Source: the human T2T-CHM13v2.0 reference genome, Homo sapiens. From it: a stretch of 64,000 nucleotides of DNA. Positions 30,301-41,343 of this stretch are shown here, piece after piece. The position numbers were made by a program, and so were the translations under genes. Each line of letters opens with the position of its first letter. Within the stretch, counting starts at the first letter, position 1. Below the pieces are notes generated by a model. That model was given only the letters and a program-made list of their open reading frames with translations. It did no database searches and was not told the DNA's origin. The stretch is taken from the NCBI RefSeq assembly GCF_009914755.1, contig NC_060926.1; one strand, 5' to 3'.

Positions 30301-31779
30301 GACCTTTACTGATTACCCATATAGGTCAGTTCACAAGAACAAAATGATCTAGTCAAGCCAACTGGAGTGATCCAGCTCCTATGTTTGTTGGTTGCATGTG
30401 TGTGTGTGTGTGCTTTATTTTTAATCAATATCTAAACATAAATTGGCATTCTGATTTTAAATATCAGTTTTGTAAACCTGTTTAATGTCAGTCAACCTTG
30501 AGATACAGATCCACTCTAAGTGTGCCACAAATCTAGTTTCAGAACTTGCAAGGATGAGTGCCAAATCCTGCATTATAAATAATTTTGTGGGGAAATGTTA
30601 TCCTCTGAGAACCTATCTAAGTGGCTTGTTGCCCTTTTGTCTGTTTCACTGTACATCCTCAAATTTACACACATTTGAAAAACTCTTGGAGGTAAAAGGT
30701 GAGAAGCAGCTCATTAATCTATAATGGATGTAAGTCACAGTTAGCACATCACACTCATTTACTTCTAAATGCAATAAGCAGTATTACGATCTCACACAAA
30801 ATATCAATTCATTTGGACCCTTGAAGATACCATCCTTCTCTAGAAAACACCCCAAACCTATTTTTTGAGCCCCAGCACCAGCAATGCATCATACACAGTA
30901 AGTGCTTAATAAATGTTTGCTGGATCAATGATCGAAAGATGAAAAATATCTCTCTAAGGAGTTCTGAATCTCCACATACAGGAAATCTCAGAAGAAGTGT
31001 TTCTAGCATTAACATTCATTTGGAATTCTATGGTGTCTTGGGTAGTCAGCGCTTACATTTTTAAGATGGAATTCTGTAATAAATATTTCAGAATAATTAT
31101 GCTGATTAAGATGTTATCTATGCTATACTGTCCCATCTAGGTAACCTCATCCCAAGGGGTATGATATTATATTTTTAAAATATTAATTCTATACAAAATC
31201 ATTTTAAAATAATATATATTGTATCTGCATATTTATCTCAAAGTCTTCAAAAAGGCTCTGGTGAGGAGTATTAAATTCCTTAGCTATTAATGTGGCAGAA
31301 CTGGCCAATGTTTAGCTAACAACCTGTAATAAGTATGTAATATTTTCAATAGCATATTTATTTATAAGGAAACAGGTTACAGAATAAAGACAGATCATTA
31401 GAATAGAGGCACTGGAGTATATGGCATACATTAATCTTATGATTTTTTTTAAAAAACAGAAGTTATGATATTAGATATACCACAAAATGTTGAAGAGCTT
31501 TTTGTTTAAAAATCAGTGGGTCAATCACATCAATTAATTCAACTTCTGAGACCAGTATAAAGGATTCCATTAAGCAAAGAGTTTATTAAAGCCTGTGCAC
31601 ATAAAACTCAATATAGAATTTTGATTTAATGGGGCAATTGAGGAAATAAGGCCACTGATCAAATACTGAGAATTACTTAGACATGAATGTTTTCAAAATA
31701 TGGTATTAAACTACTGTTAAAGTAATATGGGCAGAAAAGTAACCAAACCATGGGCTAATATTAGTTTTCACTAATTAGG

Positions 31780-32705
31780 AAAATTCATACTTCAGTCTAT
31801 ATCCATGTGCCTAATTGCTATCCCTCTCCCAAATTGTACCCTGTGGGTGCTTCAAACCAGAATTGAACTAAGCTAAATCTTTTCCCGGAAACCTGCTCCA
31901 GTATTTGCTATCTTCACTGACAGAACCTACCACCACCATCTATCCCGTAATTTAAAGGTTGCCATCCTTGACTCTATTGTCTCCTTAATTCTACTACCCA
32001 AGTACTGTCTACTTTAAGATGCTAAATATTACCTAGATCCTTCTCCTTCCTTTTTATCCCACTACTGCTAGCTTGCATGACTTCTCACTCAATCATTGAA
32101 ACAGCCTGTTAAATATGCACCTGCCTAGAGACTGGTCCCCATCCACAATCTTTTTCCCCACATTGTAATCAAATCGATCCATGTCAGTCAAAAGACTGAA
32201 GTCACCTACTTCGTTAAAACCATTGACTTCCATGAAAATAAAAGCCAAGTTTCCTCTCATACAAGATGTTCCATTATCCTGCCTTGATTAACTCTCCAAA
32301 GTCATTCCTGGCCTCGAATTCCTAGACTCCAACTTTATAGTCTAGAAATACCAATCTGCTTGTATTTCCCAGAATATTGCATGCTATTTCTCACCTCTTA
32401 TTGTGGATATATTATTTATTGAAAAGGCCTTCCAGTTACTCCTAAATCCTATTCATTTAATAAGTCTCGGCTCAAGCAGTCTCCCCCTCTAAAAAATATT
32501 TCCAAATGAGCACCACCTCTCATCCCCCGTAATAATCAAGACACTAAGCTTACCACAGTAAAATGCCCTATTTAATGTCTGTCTGTCCCACTAGAGTATG
32601 AGTTCCTGGAGGAAAAGGACTCTATACTCTTTATTCACCTTTGGATTCACCTTACAATACCTGGCACATATGAGGTATCCCACAAATATTTATTGAATTG
32701 ATCAA
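31780..32705 (+). mobile_element. L2
   Basis: catccttgactct...; gtctgtcccactagagtatgagttcctggagg...tacctggcacatatgagg...aaatatttattgaat. Confidence 0.85.
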
Positions 32706-33204
32706 CTAGAATTGAACAGCAAAATGTCAAATGCTTATAATTAATAATTGCATTTAAGCCTACTTCAAATTTAGAACATCTAAACTACTACCCCCGAAGT
32801 GCACAATCAACAATTAAACCAACAATTTTATTAGGTATCATCAAGTGAGAATTTATGGTACTACCAGAAGCATCAAATGAGGTTAGATTTTAGATGAGGA
32901 CTCTCTAAGAATTGATTCTCTGTAGGAATAGGTTACTCTATTAAGGGAATTTTTTTCTTTTGTTATTTGTAATGACTGGTATATCTGGAACACCAATAAT
33001 ATGCAGTGATTTGCTTTACATATCATCAAAACCACAAAACTATACTCAGGAATGTTGAGCGCCACCCCCCTCCCCAATTCTGACATATAGACAAACTCTA
33101 TTTCTTTCTTAACCAAAATCTTCATAGATGCTTTAAATAACGGAGGGTTCCTGCTTCAATTTTTACCCTAAATTATCAGAAATCCCTATCTTTCTTCCCT
33201 GGAC

Positions 33205-33700
33205 CTGTGCAATATACAGAAAAGAGCAAAAGACCCAGATTTCAAATAGACTTGGATTTGAAAACAAACCCTTTTTCTTACAAGTCATAGGTCCATAAAA
33301 AAGTAACTTGACTGCTCTGAGTAATAGCAGCAGTGATTATTTATTGAGTCTTAGCATGTGCCAGAAGTTGTGCTGAGCATTTTGCATGTATTGCCTTATT
33401 GAAATCTCACAACAGCCCATTGAGGTAGGTATTGCTTATCCCTATTCTACGGATAAGGAAACTGGAGCTCAGAGATGTGAAGTGACATGGCCAAGGTCAC
33501 ACAGCAAAGCAGGAATTCTAACCCAGGCCAGCATAATTGCAAAGCCCATATTTTTAACCACTCACAGTCTACTGCTTCTGAGCCTCAGTTTTAAGTGTTA
33601 TAAAATAGAGTAATTACATGCCTACCTCACAGAATTGATGTGGAGACAAAGTGAAATAATAAGTAAAGCATCTAGCATACTAAGTGCACTCAATAAAGGA
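33205..33700. mobile_element. Nested MIRs: a minus-strand MIR (~33325-33570) inside a plus-strand MIR
   Basis: Plus-strand MIR halves ...gactgctctgag | ctgagcctcagtttt...; inner gaaactggagctcagagatgtgaagtgacatggccaaggtcacacagc. Confidence 0.8.
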
Positions 33701-34779
33701 TGCCCCTCTACCTTCTCTCGCTCTAGTGGTGATTATAACATTTATAATAAAGGAAACCATCCCTAAATATTCCTTACCTATATCAAAACAGAGGTATATT
33801 GGGTCTCAATTAATTCGCAAAAGGAAAATACCAACAGGCCAACAAATACATTTAACATAAACAGATAAGAAGGGAAAAAAGTAAAGAAAAACAACATATT
33901 CTACCTCATTTTAGGACTGGAACTCTGCTATTGATATTTCCAAATATGATAAAAATATGTAAATATTCAAAATATATCAACATGTCAAAAGTTAGGAGAG
34001 AAGAGCACGGAACCCAGAGATGAAAATTCATTATGGCTTACAGGAAGACTCTCAATAGAACACAATCAATGGTGTTACCTTTTTTTAAAAAAGTACTTCT
34101 AGTGGGAAAGACAGATTTTGAACAAAGATAGAGATGATAAGGATAATCTTTCTGCCATACGTTGTTTTGTTTTTTGAAAACGGACTTTAATTCTCAGTAC
34201 TAAGCAGACTAAAAAGATAGGGAGTTGGGAGCGGAATGAGGTGCAAAGAAAAAGTTACAGCACTTTTGCTGTTGATTACCAACAAATCTATACCTCTTTT
34301 ACTTTCCTTTTTTTTCCCTTTTTTTCTCTTTTGGTACATAGTTATGACATTTATCTCTGATACCTGTAAAGAAATTAAATCAGAACTATTTTTATTTAAT
34401 TCCCTAATAAACAAGAACTAAATGTAAAGTACATTGGGTATATACACAAACCTAAGTATGGCGACTTAAAACAGAAGATTTTCTATCAAGCCCATCTGGT
34501 GTTATATTAGGGTGTGTCCTACAGAAATCCAAGCAAGGGTGACTGCCAAACTAAGCTACAGAAGAAAACTCAGAAAGCTGGTAAGTCCCATAATATAGGC
34601 TCTATTTCAAAAAGTGCATTAGAACACCCGCCTGAAAAGATAATCTGATATCACTCCACCCTCATAATAACTCTTCTATTTCTGAGATATTTGTCACAAA
34701 AATATGGGCCAGTATTGGACACGGCAGACACCCTGAGAAGGTGACATTGTAGAGATAGCAGTTATCTAACTAACCCACA

Positions 34780-34975
34780 AGGTAATATCACAATTTTATG
34801 TCCCAATCCTGATAACTTCATCTTTCTGCTAAGTTCTCTAAGAGGTAAATTGATTTCTTCAAGCCTCAATTTCCACATATGAAAAATAGAAATCATAATA
34901 TACTTCTGCTTCGCTAGGTTCTAAAAATGGAAACTAGCTAAGAAAAAAATTAATGTGAAGTACTCTGAAAAGAAT
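34780..34975 (+). mobile_element. MIR (degraded)
   Basis: aagcctcaatttccacatatgaaaaatagaaatcataata. Confidence 0.55.
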
Positions 34976-37900
34976 AAACTAGATTCCCTGACCTGATTAT
35001 TGGTCAGAGCCTTGTAAAACTAGACTTACTACTTCTTCCGATTCCATACATGCCACCTGGCCATCAGACTGATAAATAGCATTGACTGTACAGTTGATCC
35101 ACTTAACAGCTTTAAAGTAATAGAAACAAATTTTGCATCATGATGTATTTTCATACCCATTTAAGTAACTACCTGCAAAGTAAATTTATACATAAACATT
35201 ATAAAAAAATAGATAAGAAAAATAAAATTAATTTAAAAATTTTGAACTTTAAACAATTTTCAAAATAGTCACCTGCCAGTATAGAACAGTCTGAAACCAA
35301 TACTGAACAACTATGCAAGAATTGGAAATGAGCTAACCAAGAAACAGAAGGAATCACAAAGTAAGTTTCATCTGATGGGCCGAAATACAATATGGATTAT
35401 TTTTATATTGTTCTGTCTGAGATGTCTGTCTCAGATTCTTAAGTCCCAGATTCTATTTTTAAAAATCACTTAACACTGTGTATTTCCAATAGCCATCAAG
35501 GCATATACTGTCATCCCTGACACCGAAGATTGTCAGCAGACTCAATATGTACACTAATGATCTCAGGCAACAATGTCCATCTTCTTATCAAAGACATCCT
35601 CATTCCAGAAGAAAAAGTTTAAAGTTCTCTAAGAAAATTCATTCAAAACCATAGGAAGTAGTCATTATAAAATGTTAGGATCACTAATACCTCTTACTTC
35701 TTCTTAAGTTTATCTTAGATGCTAAATTTTAAAACCAAAAACTGTCAGGCATTATAACATTTTTAGTTCTCTCCCTCCCAAATCACCAGTGCTCTATTCT
35801 AGCACTGTCAAATAATGATAGCTGCCGTCATTATTTTTATACAATAGCTGGCAGCAAGTTGCACAGAAACCCTTCATCTTAGAAGAGTTACCAAATAGCT
35901 TAAACAAATGCTGGGACCTTACAGTAGTACTGACCACCTTCCTAAGGCCAAAATAAGTGAGCTCTCATGCCTTATTGATACTTTTCTGGCCAGAATGTTA
36001 GCTGTTTTACTAAAAAAAAAAAAAAAATTTACTTATTTTATTTTTTTAACTGTTTAAAAATAACTTTTTTCCTCCTTACACATATATTCCCATCCTCTCC
36101 TTCCTGCTACTAGAAACTGTCTTAAAGGTTTTCACATTTACTTTTAGCTTTAACACTTTCAATCAAAATTGCAATTCTGTTTTTGGAAGCAGGCACCCTC
36201 CAGGAAGTATATTTGAAGACATTAAAAAATGCAGAAAATAAATAAGTTCTTTTCATTAAACAAAGTCAACAATGCATGTAAAGGGATTTAGGAAAACCGG
36301 TGATCTCAGACACAAGTGATTTGACAGGCCAGATGCACACAAAAAATTATTCCAAGTCACAGAAAAACATCAGAGTGACCAATTCTAGGTCTCTTGTTCT
36401 AATTAATAGACGAGAGTTCCTCTCTATCACTATTTGCTTTGGCAATCTAAAATGCTGATATTCTCCTAGATCTAACAGAGAGGAAAAATGGGTATCTTCT
36501 CCATCTAACACCTAAGTGGGTAACCTAGATACTGTAAATAGAGGCTACATAAAGGATGCAAGAGACAGCTCTGAAGTGAGAGCCAAAATATTTAACCTGC
36601 AACTCTTTGGAAAAGAACCTGAAAACACGTGCATCTTAGCCAAAACCTGTACTAACATGGAATTGCCACAGGCTAGTAAGTTAAAAAACTCTCTACCAAA
36701 CATAAGTTTACTGTTGTTGGGTGAGAAAAGCTCAAATGTCAAAAGCACAGTTCTTATTTGTTCAAATTGATCATGCCTACACTCTGCACTGTTTATTTAA
36801 AAAGATGAGTGAACTGCCTTTCTGAAGCAAGTACTTGCAAAACCAGAATCAAATTCAGAAATAAAGCAGCCAATTAACCACTTGACAAGCATTTTCCTGT
36901 GGTTGTGTCTAGGGGATGACAGTCAAGTCTCTGATTAACAGTTACTCCCTACCCTATACATGCAATGTTTCTAAAGCCAATAGCTAACTAATAGAAACTA
37001 CATATTATCTCTTTTTACTCTTTAGGAAATTGTGTGAGTTATCTGAGAAATAAAAACATTACACCAAATAACTAGTATATTGAAATGTAAAAATTCTATT
37101 GCCTAAATTGTAGTCATAGTATATTTTTTATCAAATCAACTAGCAAAAAACATGAATGCAAAAGATTCATTATGAGATTAGTATGATAATTTAGTATACA
37201 TTCACCTGCTAACTTTACTAGTTTTTTCTTTCTAAATGATACGGGAATTGTAAGGACTGCTTCTATAATTAAATTTTCTTAGGAAGTGCTCATTACTTAA
37301 AAGAATTACAACTTTTAAATAAATAAAGCAAATTCAAACTCAATCATAATTTCAAGTCAATAGCTAAAATTACTTAAAGTTAATAAATTGCAAAATGTAT
37401 TCAATGGTATTCTATATAAATTGCTTAAATTTCAGTAGTATTTACTAATTACTAAGCTTGCAGTTTTATAATAACTTACAGTTTCGAGAGCTGTTAGAAG
37501 TAAAAAGAAAAAGTTGCTCTCTCTGGATAGTCAGAATACATTTACAAATATGCTCATAATTAAGTACATGATTCACTTTTCTTAGTTATTAAATCTTCGG
37601 GGGGGGGGGAAGGAAAGAGAATGCCTTTCCTTCACATATTGCCAAAACAGAAAACTTGTAAATTTAATTATATTTACATGTAAGTCCAATGTCCTTTCTA
37701 TAACATGTAAGAATAAAATATAAATCTAAAGTATAAAGAAAACAAGATTTCAAATTACTTTTGAGTAAGAGTAATAAAGCACTTGCACTTGATAACTAAA
37801 CTGATAAAATATTATAATTAAGAAAAAAGCAACCATATTCTTAATAAAGTATTTTGTCTTCTGTCACTGACAGCATGTAAGTTGCATCTTATTACATAAA

Positions 37901-38547
37901 AACAATGTATATTACATCAGTAAATGACCCTTTATCAAAAACAGTAGCCAAAACTGTCTTTTCCTACAAATTCAAAACATCTTTCCAAATTTTATCAGTT
38001 CTTCTCTGGACAAAAGCCTTTCAACTTTGCTACAGAAATGGATATAAATGAGTTCTATAAATTTTCAATTACACTTCACTTCCAATGCTTTGGAGAAGAA
38101 ACTTTCACATTTTTTAAAAGCAAGTAACACTGTAATTTTATCACTGACGGTTTAGCTTTCTACCAAGGCAACATAAAATTATTTCATTTTTTAACTGTGA
38201 AGAGTCCTTTGGAAGTGACGTTTCCACATTTTTTACCCAACAACAACAAAAAATCCAGTCATAAACCTGGCAAGTCAAAACAACAACCAGCAAATTCTAA
38301 CCTTTCTTACCTGATACAGGTAAGCACCAGCTCCCAAATGCCACCTTGGGATAGTTCAGACTAGTAAGCAGGCTCATGTTTTATAATACTAGAATGAACA
38401 GGAATAAATCTGTGTTGTTCTTTCTTTAGCAAAATCTATAACAGTAGCTATACCACAATGTGAGAGGACCCCACAGACCTAACAAATTAAAGTCTGTTGC
38501 TGGAGAGACACACACACACACAAAAAAATCATAAAATGAAGACTTAC

Positions 38548-38652
38548 TGCTTGTCATGTGACTTGGTGAGGCATGCTGTCCATTGGGTGTGCTTGAGGTG
38601 AGGTCAATTGCCATATTGGAGTGCTCCCTTTCGGGTGAAAGCTCATTGTCAC
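38548..38652 (-). CDS. IKZF2: IKZF2 second coding exon (105 nt, phase 1-1): (C)[34 protein letters not shown]
   Basis: Lies within ORF 38426..38662 and is bounded by gaaagcag|GTGAC and AGCA|gtaagt. It joins in frame to the previous exon (T|GT = Cys) and matches Helios residues ~12-46. Confidence 0.97.
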
Positions 38653-39435
38653 CTGCTTTCACAAAATATAATCTTTTGGTTTCTATTCATTGTCACATAA
38701 GATGTAATTACTAACTTTGCTTTATACACGCAATGGCATGCATAGCCTTCAAACTGTAAGGTAATACATTTTTCCCTTAGAAACTATAAGGAAATATCAT
38801 TTAGAAATATACAGTTGAATGAAATGATGAGAAGCCATAATCAACCCACAATAAAAAAAATTAACAAAACTTTATTATCTCAATACATAAGTTGTTGATT
38901 TCTAAAGTATCTTTCAGTTGAAAGAAATAACTTTTCTTTTAACATCTAATTTAATTGTTAAGCACACAGAATTTATAATGAGCATTTTCCAAAATGCTGG
39001 CTATCAGAGAGAGGATGGAAAAGACAGGTAGCTAAAGAAATGTCAAGTTAGGAAAGCTAATTCTCTTTCACATAATATGTCTGAAAAATTAGGTTACAGA
39101 GAAGTAAATATTTAGTACACACCATATTAATAGACATATATGAAACCTGGCCTATTCTCAACTTACAACAAAGTAAATTATAAAAAGTAGGAAAGTGTTG
39201 AACTGCTAGCTACTATTGATTTAAGTACACTACTTAACTTAGTATGTTTCTATATTTCCTTCTTATTTCACTTCAGTGCTGTCATTTTCTCAAACTCATT
39301 CAAAGGTGAAATTGTGAACAGAGAGAAAAAAGAGTACAGAATTCTCAATAAAGTTTCATAATCCAGGAATTAAAACACAGGTAATACAAAGGCAACTTTA
39401 TTACCAATAACAAATCAATGAAAACTAATACTTAC

Positions 39436-39469
39436 ACGTTATATAGCCATCAATAGCCTCTGTTTCCAT
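39436..39469 (-). CDS. IKZF2: IKZF2 (Helios) first coding exon, coding part (METEAIDGYIT + first base of Cys codon); full exon 39436-39484
   Basis: The minus strand reads ttttgttttgcag|CATTGCACTTTGACT ATG GAA ACA GAG GCT ATT GAT GGC TAT ATA ACG T|gtaagt. The translation matches the Helios N-terminus as I recall it, and the splice sites are canonical. Confidence 0.97.
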
Positions 39470-40983
39470 AGTCAAAGTGCAATGCTGCAAAACAAAAGAT
39501 TATACCCTTAATACAATGATTCCTTTCAGTATCTGCCATTAAATTCTTAACTTATTTGAAGCTCCAAGCAGTTAGTCCATGTTGCTGCTGCCACCTGTGC
39601 CCAGAAACATACACAGTGTACTGTATGTGCTCATTTGCAAGTCACTGAACTCTTTCTGCAAATGATCTGATTCCTGCTGGAGATAGGATAGGAAAGATAA
39701 GTGTGCTGTGAGATGGGCTAGAGCAAAAAGGGAATGACTCTCTTAATCAAAATTTATTGGGTTTAAGAAAAAATAGGGGGTATAGCTCAAATGTGTCAGC
39801 TTTAACTGGGATTTAAGTGTTTTACCATTCACTACTTCCCACAATCACACTGCAGTTTGAGGACTTCCCCAGTATACAGATAGCTCTATTCACAATTGTT
39901 GCAAGTTGGTTCATCATGTTCTAATAGGGAGGGGGAGGACAAACAAACATAAGAAAACAAAACAAAACAAAAAACTTAGTGCCCAACGGTGTCTTGAAGA
40001 TTTCTACAGCAGTTGGCCAACTCCCTGACTTGTATTGACATTTTAACCTACCCCAAGTTCTGTGTAAGCACCTGTTCAATGTAACCTTAATTTCCTGCCA
40101 GACCATGCTTGGACACAAATGCCAAGCCTACTTAATACAGTCTGATTTTGAAAATTTCATAAACTTTGGTTGTGCTAGAGAGAATCATTTAAAAAAAAAA
40201 AAAACTTTGGGCAATTATTCTCATGCACAAACGCCACACAACAGAACATAATTCTCAGAAACAAAAGTAAACTGTATGAGATGACACCCCCTAGCTTTGA
40301 TTCACATAATGAAAAGATCGATAATCTAACTGTATTCTGTGGGGAAAAAAGTTTAAGAATTGACAAGTCCTGAGAAGATTTTTACTTTTTTTTCCCCCTT
40401 TGGCCTTGGTCCTTTTTGCCTTTAGTTTCAAAACTCTCACTGCACCAGCAGCTAAATTATTCACAATGAGCCATTTCTGTATTGATCGCCAAGTATATTT
40501 AGCCCTGGCTCCTGGAATTTCTCCATTACTTACTGGAAAACAGGCAGCTTCACTTCTTGTCTCCAAAACCACTTCCCTTCTCCCTCCCCTCCCCTTCTTC
40601 ACCACCACACTCCCTTACCCCCCCCCAAAAAAAAAACTTTTATTTCTTTCTTTATGGAATAATCAGATCAAATTCCCAACTCAGTCACTACATAGCACTT
40701 AAATTTCAACCTGCTGTACTGTTATCACATTCTTTTAAATTATGATTACATAAGGCTTTAAAGAAAGAGATCCGTAAAGTTTAAAAGAGGAGCAGTTTCT
40801 TCGGATATTTTACAAATGAGCTTATCTCTTTAAAAATGTACACATTTAACACACACATATTAAAAAGAAAGAAACGTCAGGGAGAAGCGAAAGAAGGCTG
40901 CCCCATCAATGAAATGGTTATTAACCCTCAGAGAAGGAAAGAAGGAAAAAGAAAAAGGAGAAAGAGAAACGAAATGTACATAC

Positions 40984-41087
40984 AAAAGAAATTGTCCTTT
41001 GATTAAAAAAGATTCATCACCATTTCCAGCTCTGTCGGGAGATCTCAGCTTCTTCTAACCCCTCAAAGAGGAGGTGACAATGTCGGG
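40984..41087 (-). other. IKZF2: IKZF2 5'UTR non-coding exon (104 nt)
   Basis: Strong polypyrimidine acceptor cttctttctttctccctccgtttatcttcag|CCCGAC and donor CTTTT|gtatgt, located between the promoter and the ATG exon. Confidence 0.8.
41003..41023 (-). other. uORF MVMNLF* in non-coding exon
   Basis: GAA ATG GTG ATG AAT CTT TTT TAA; G at -3 and +4. Confidence 0.55.
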
Positions 41088-41295
41088 CTGAAGATAAACG
41101 GAGGGAGAAAGAAAGAAGTTTTTTGTGTTTCCCCCTTCTCTCTTTCCCTCCCTTGCCCCCTCCAAGCCAAGCCCCCTGCAGAGTTCAAGGGGAGGAGGAA
41201 GGAAAAGCACTTTACAGGTGGGTCATTCCAAGCCCAAATCCAGCAAACAGATCGGCTGATAAACAAAACCAAGAAATGAGAGAGAAGAACACCCC

Positions 41296-41343
41296 CCTCC
41301 TCCTCCTCCTCCTCCTCCTCCTCGTCCTCCTCCTCCTCCTCCT
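41296..41343. repeat. (CCT/AGG)n trinucleotide repeat
   Basis: ~15 cct units with one cgt interruption. Confidence 0.95.

Noticed and set aside
31882-31890. TTCCCGGAA STAT site and other TTCnnnGAA matches
   Set aside because: Lies within an L2, and such motifs are expected by chance in 64 kb.
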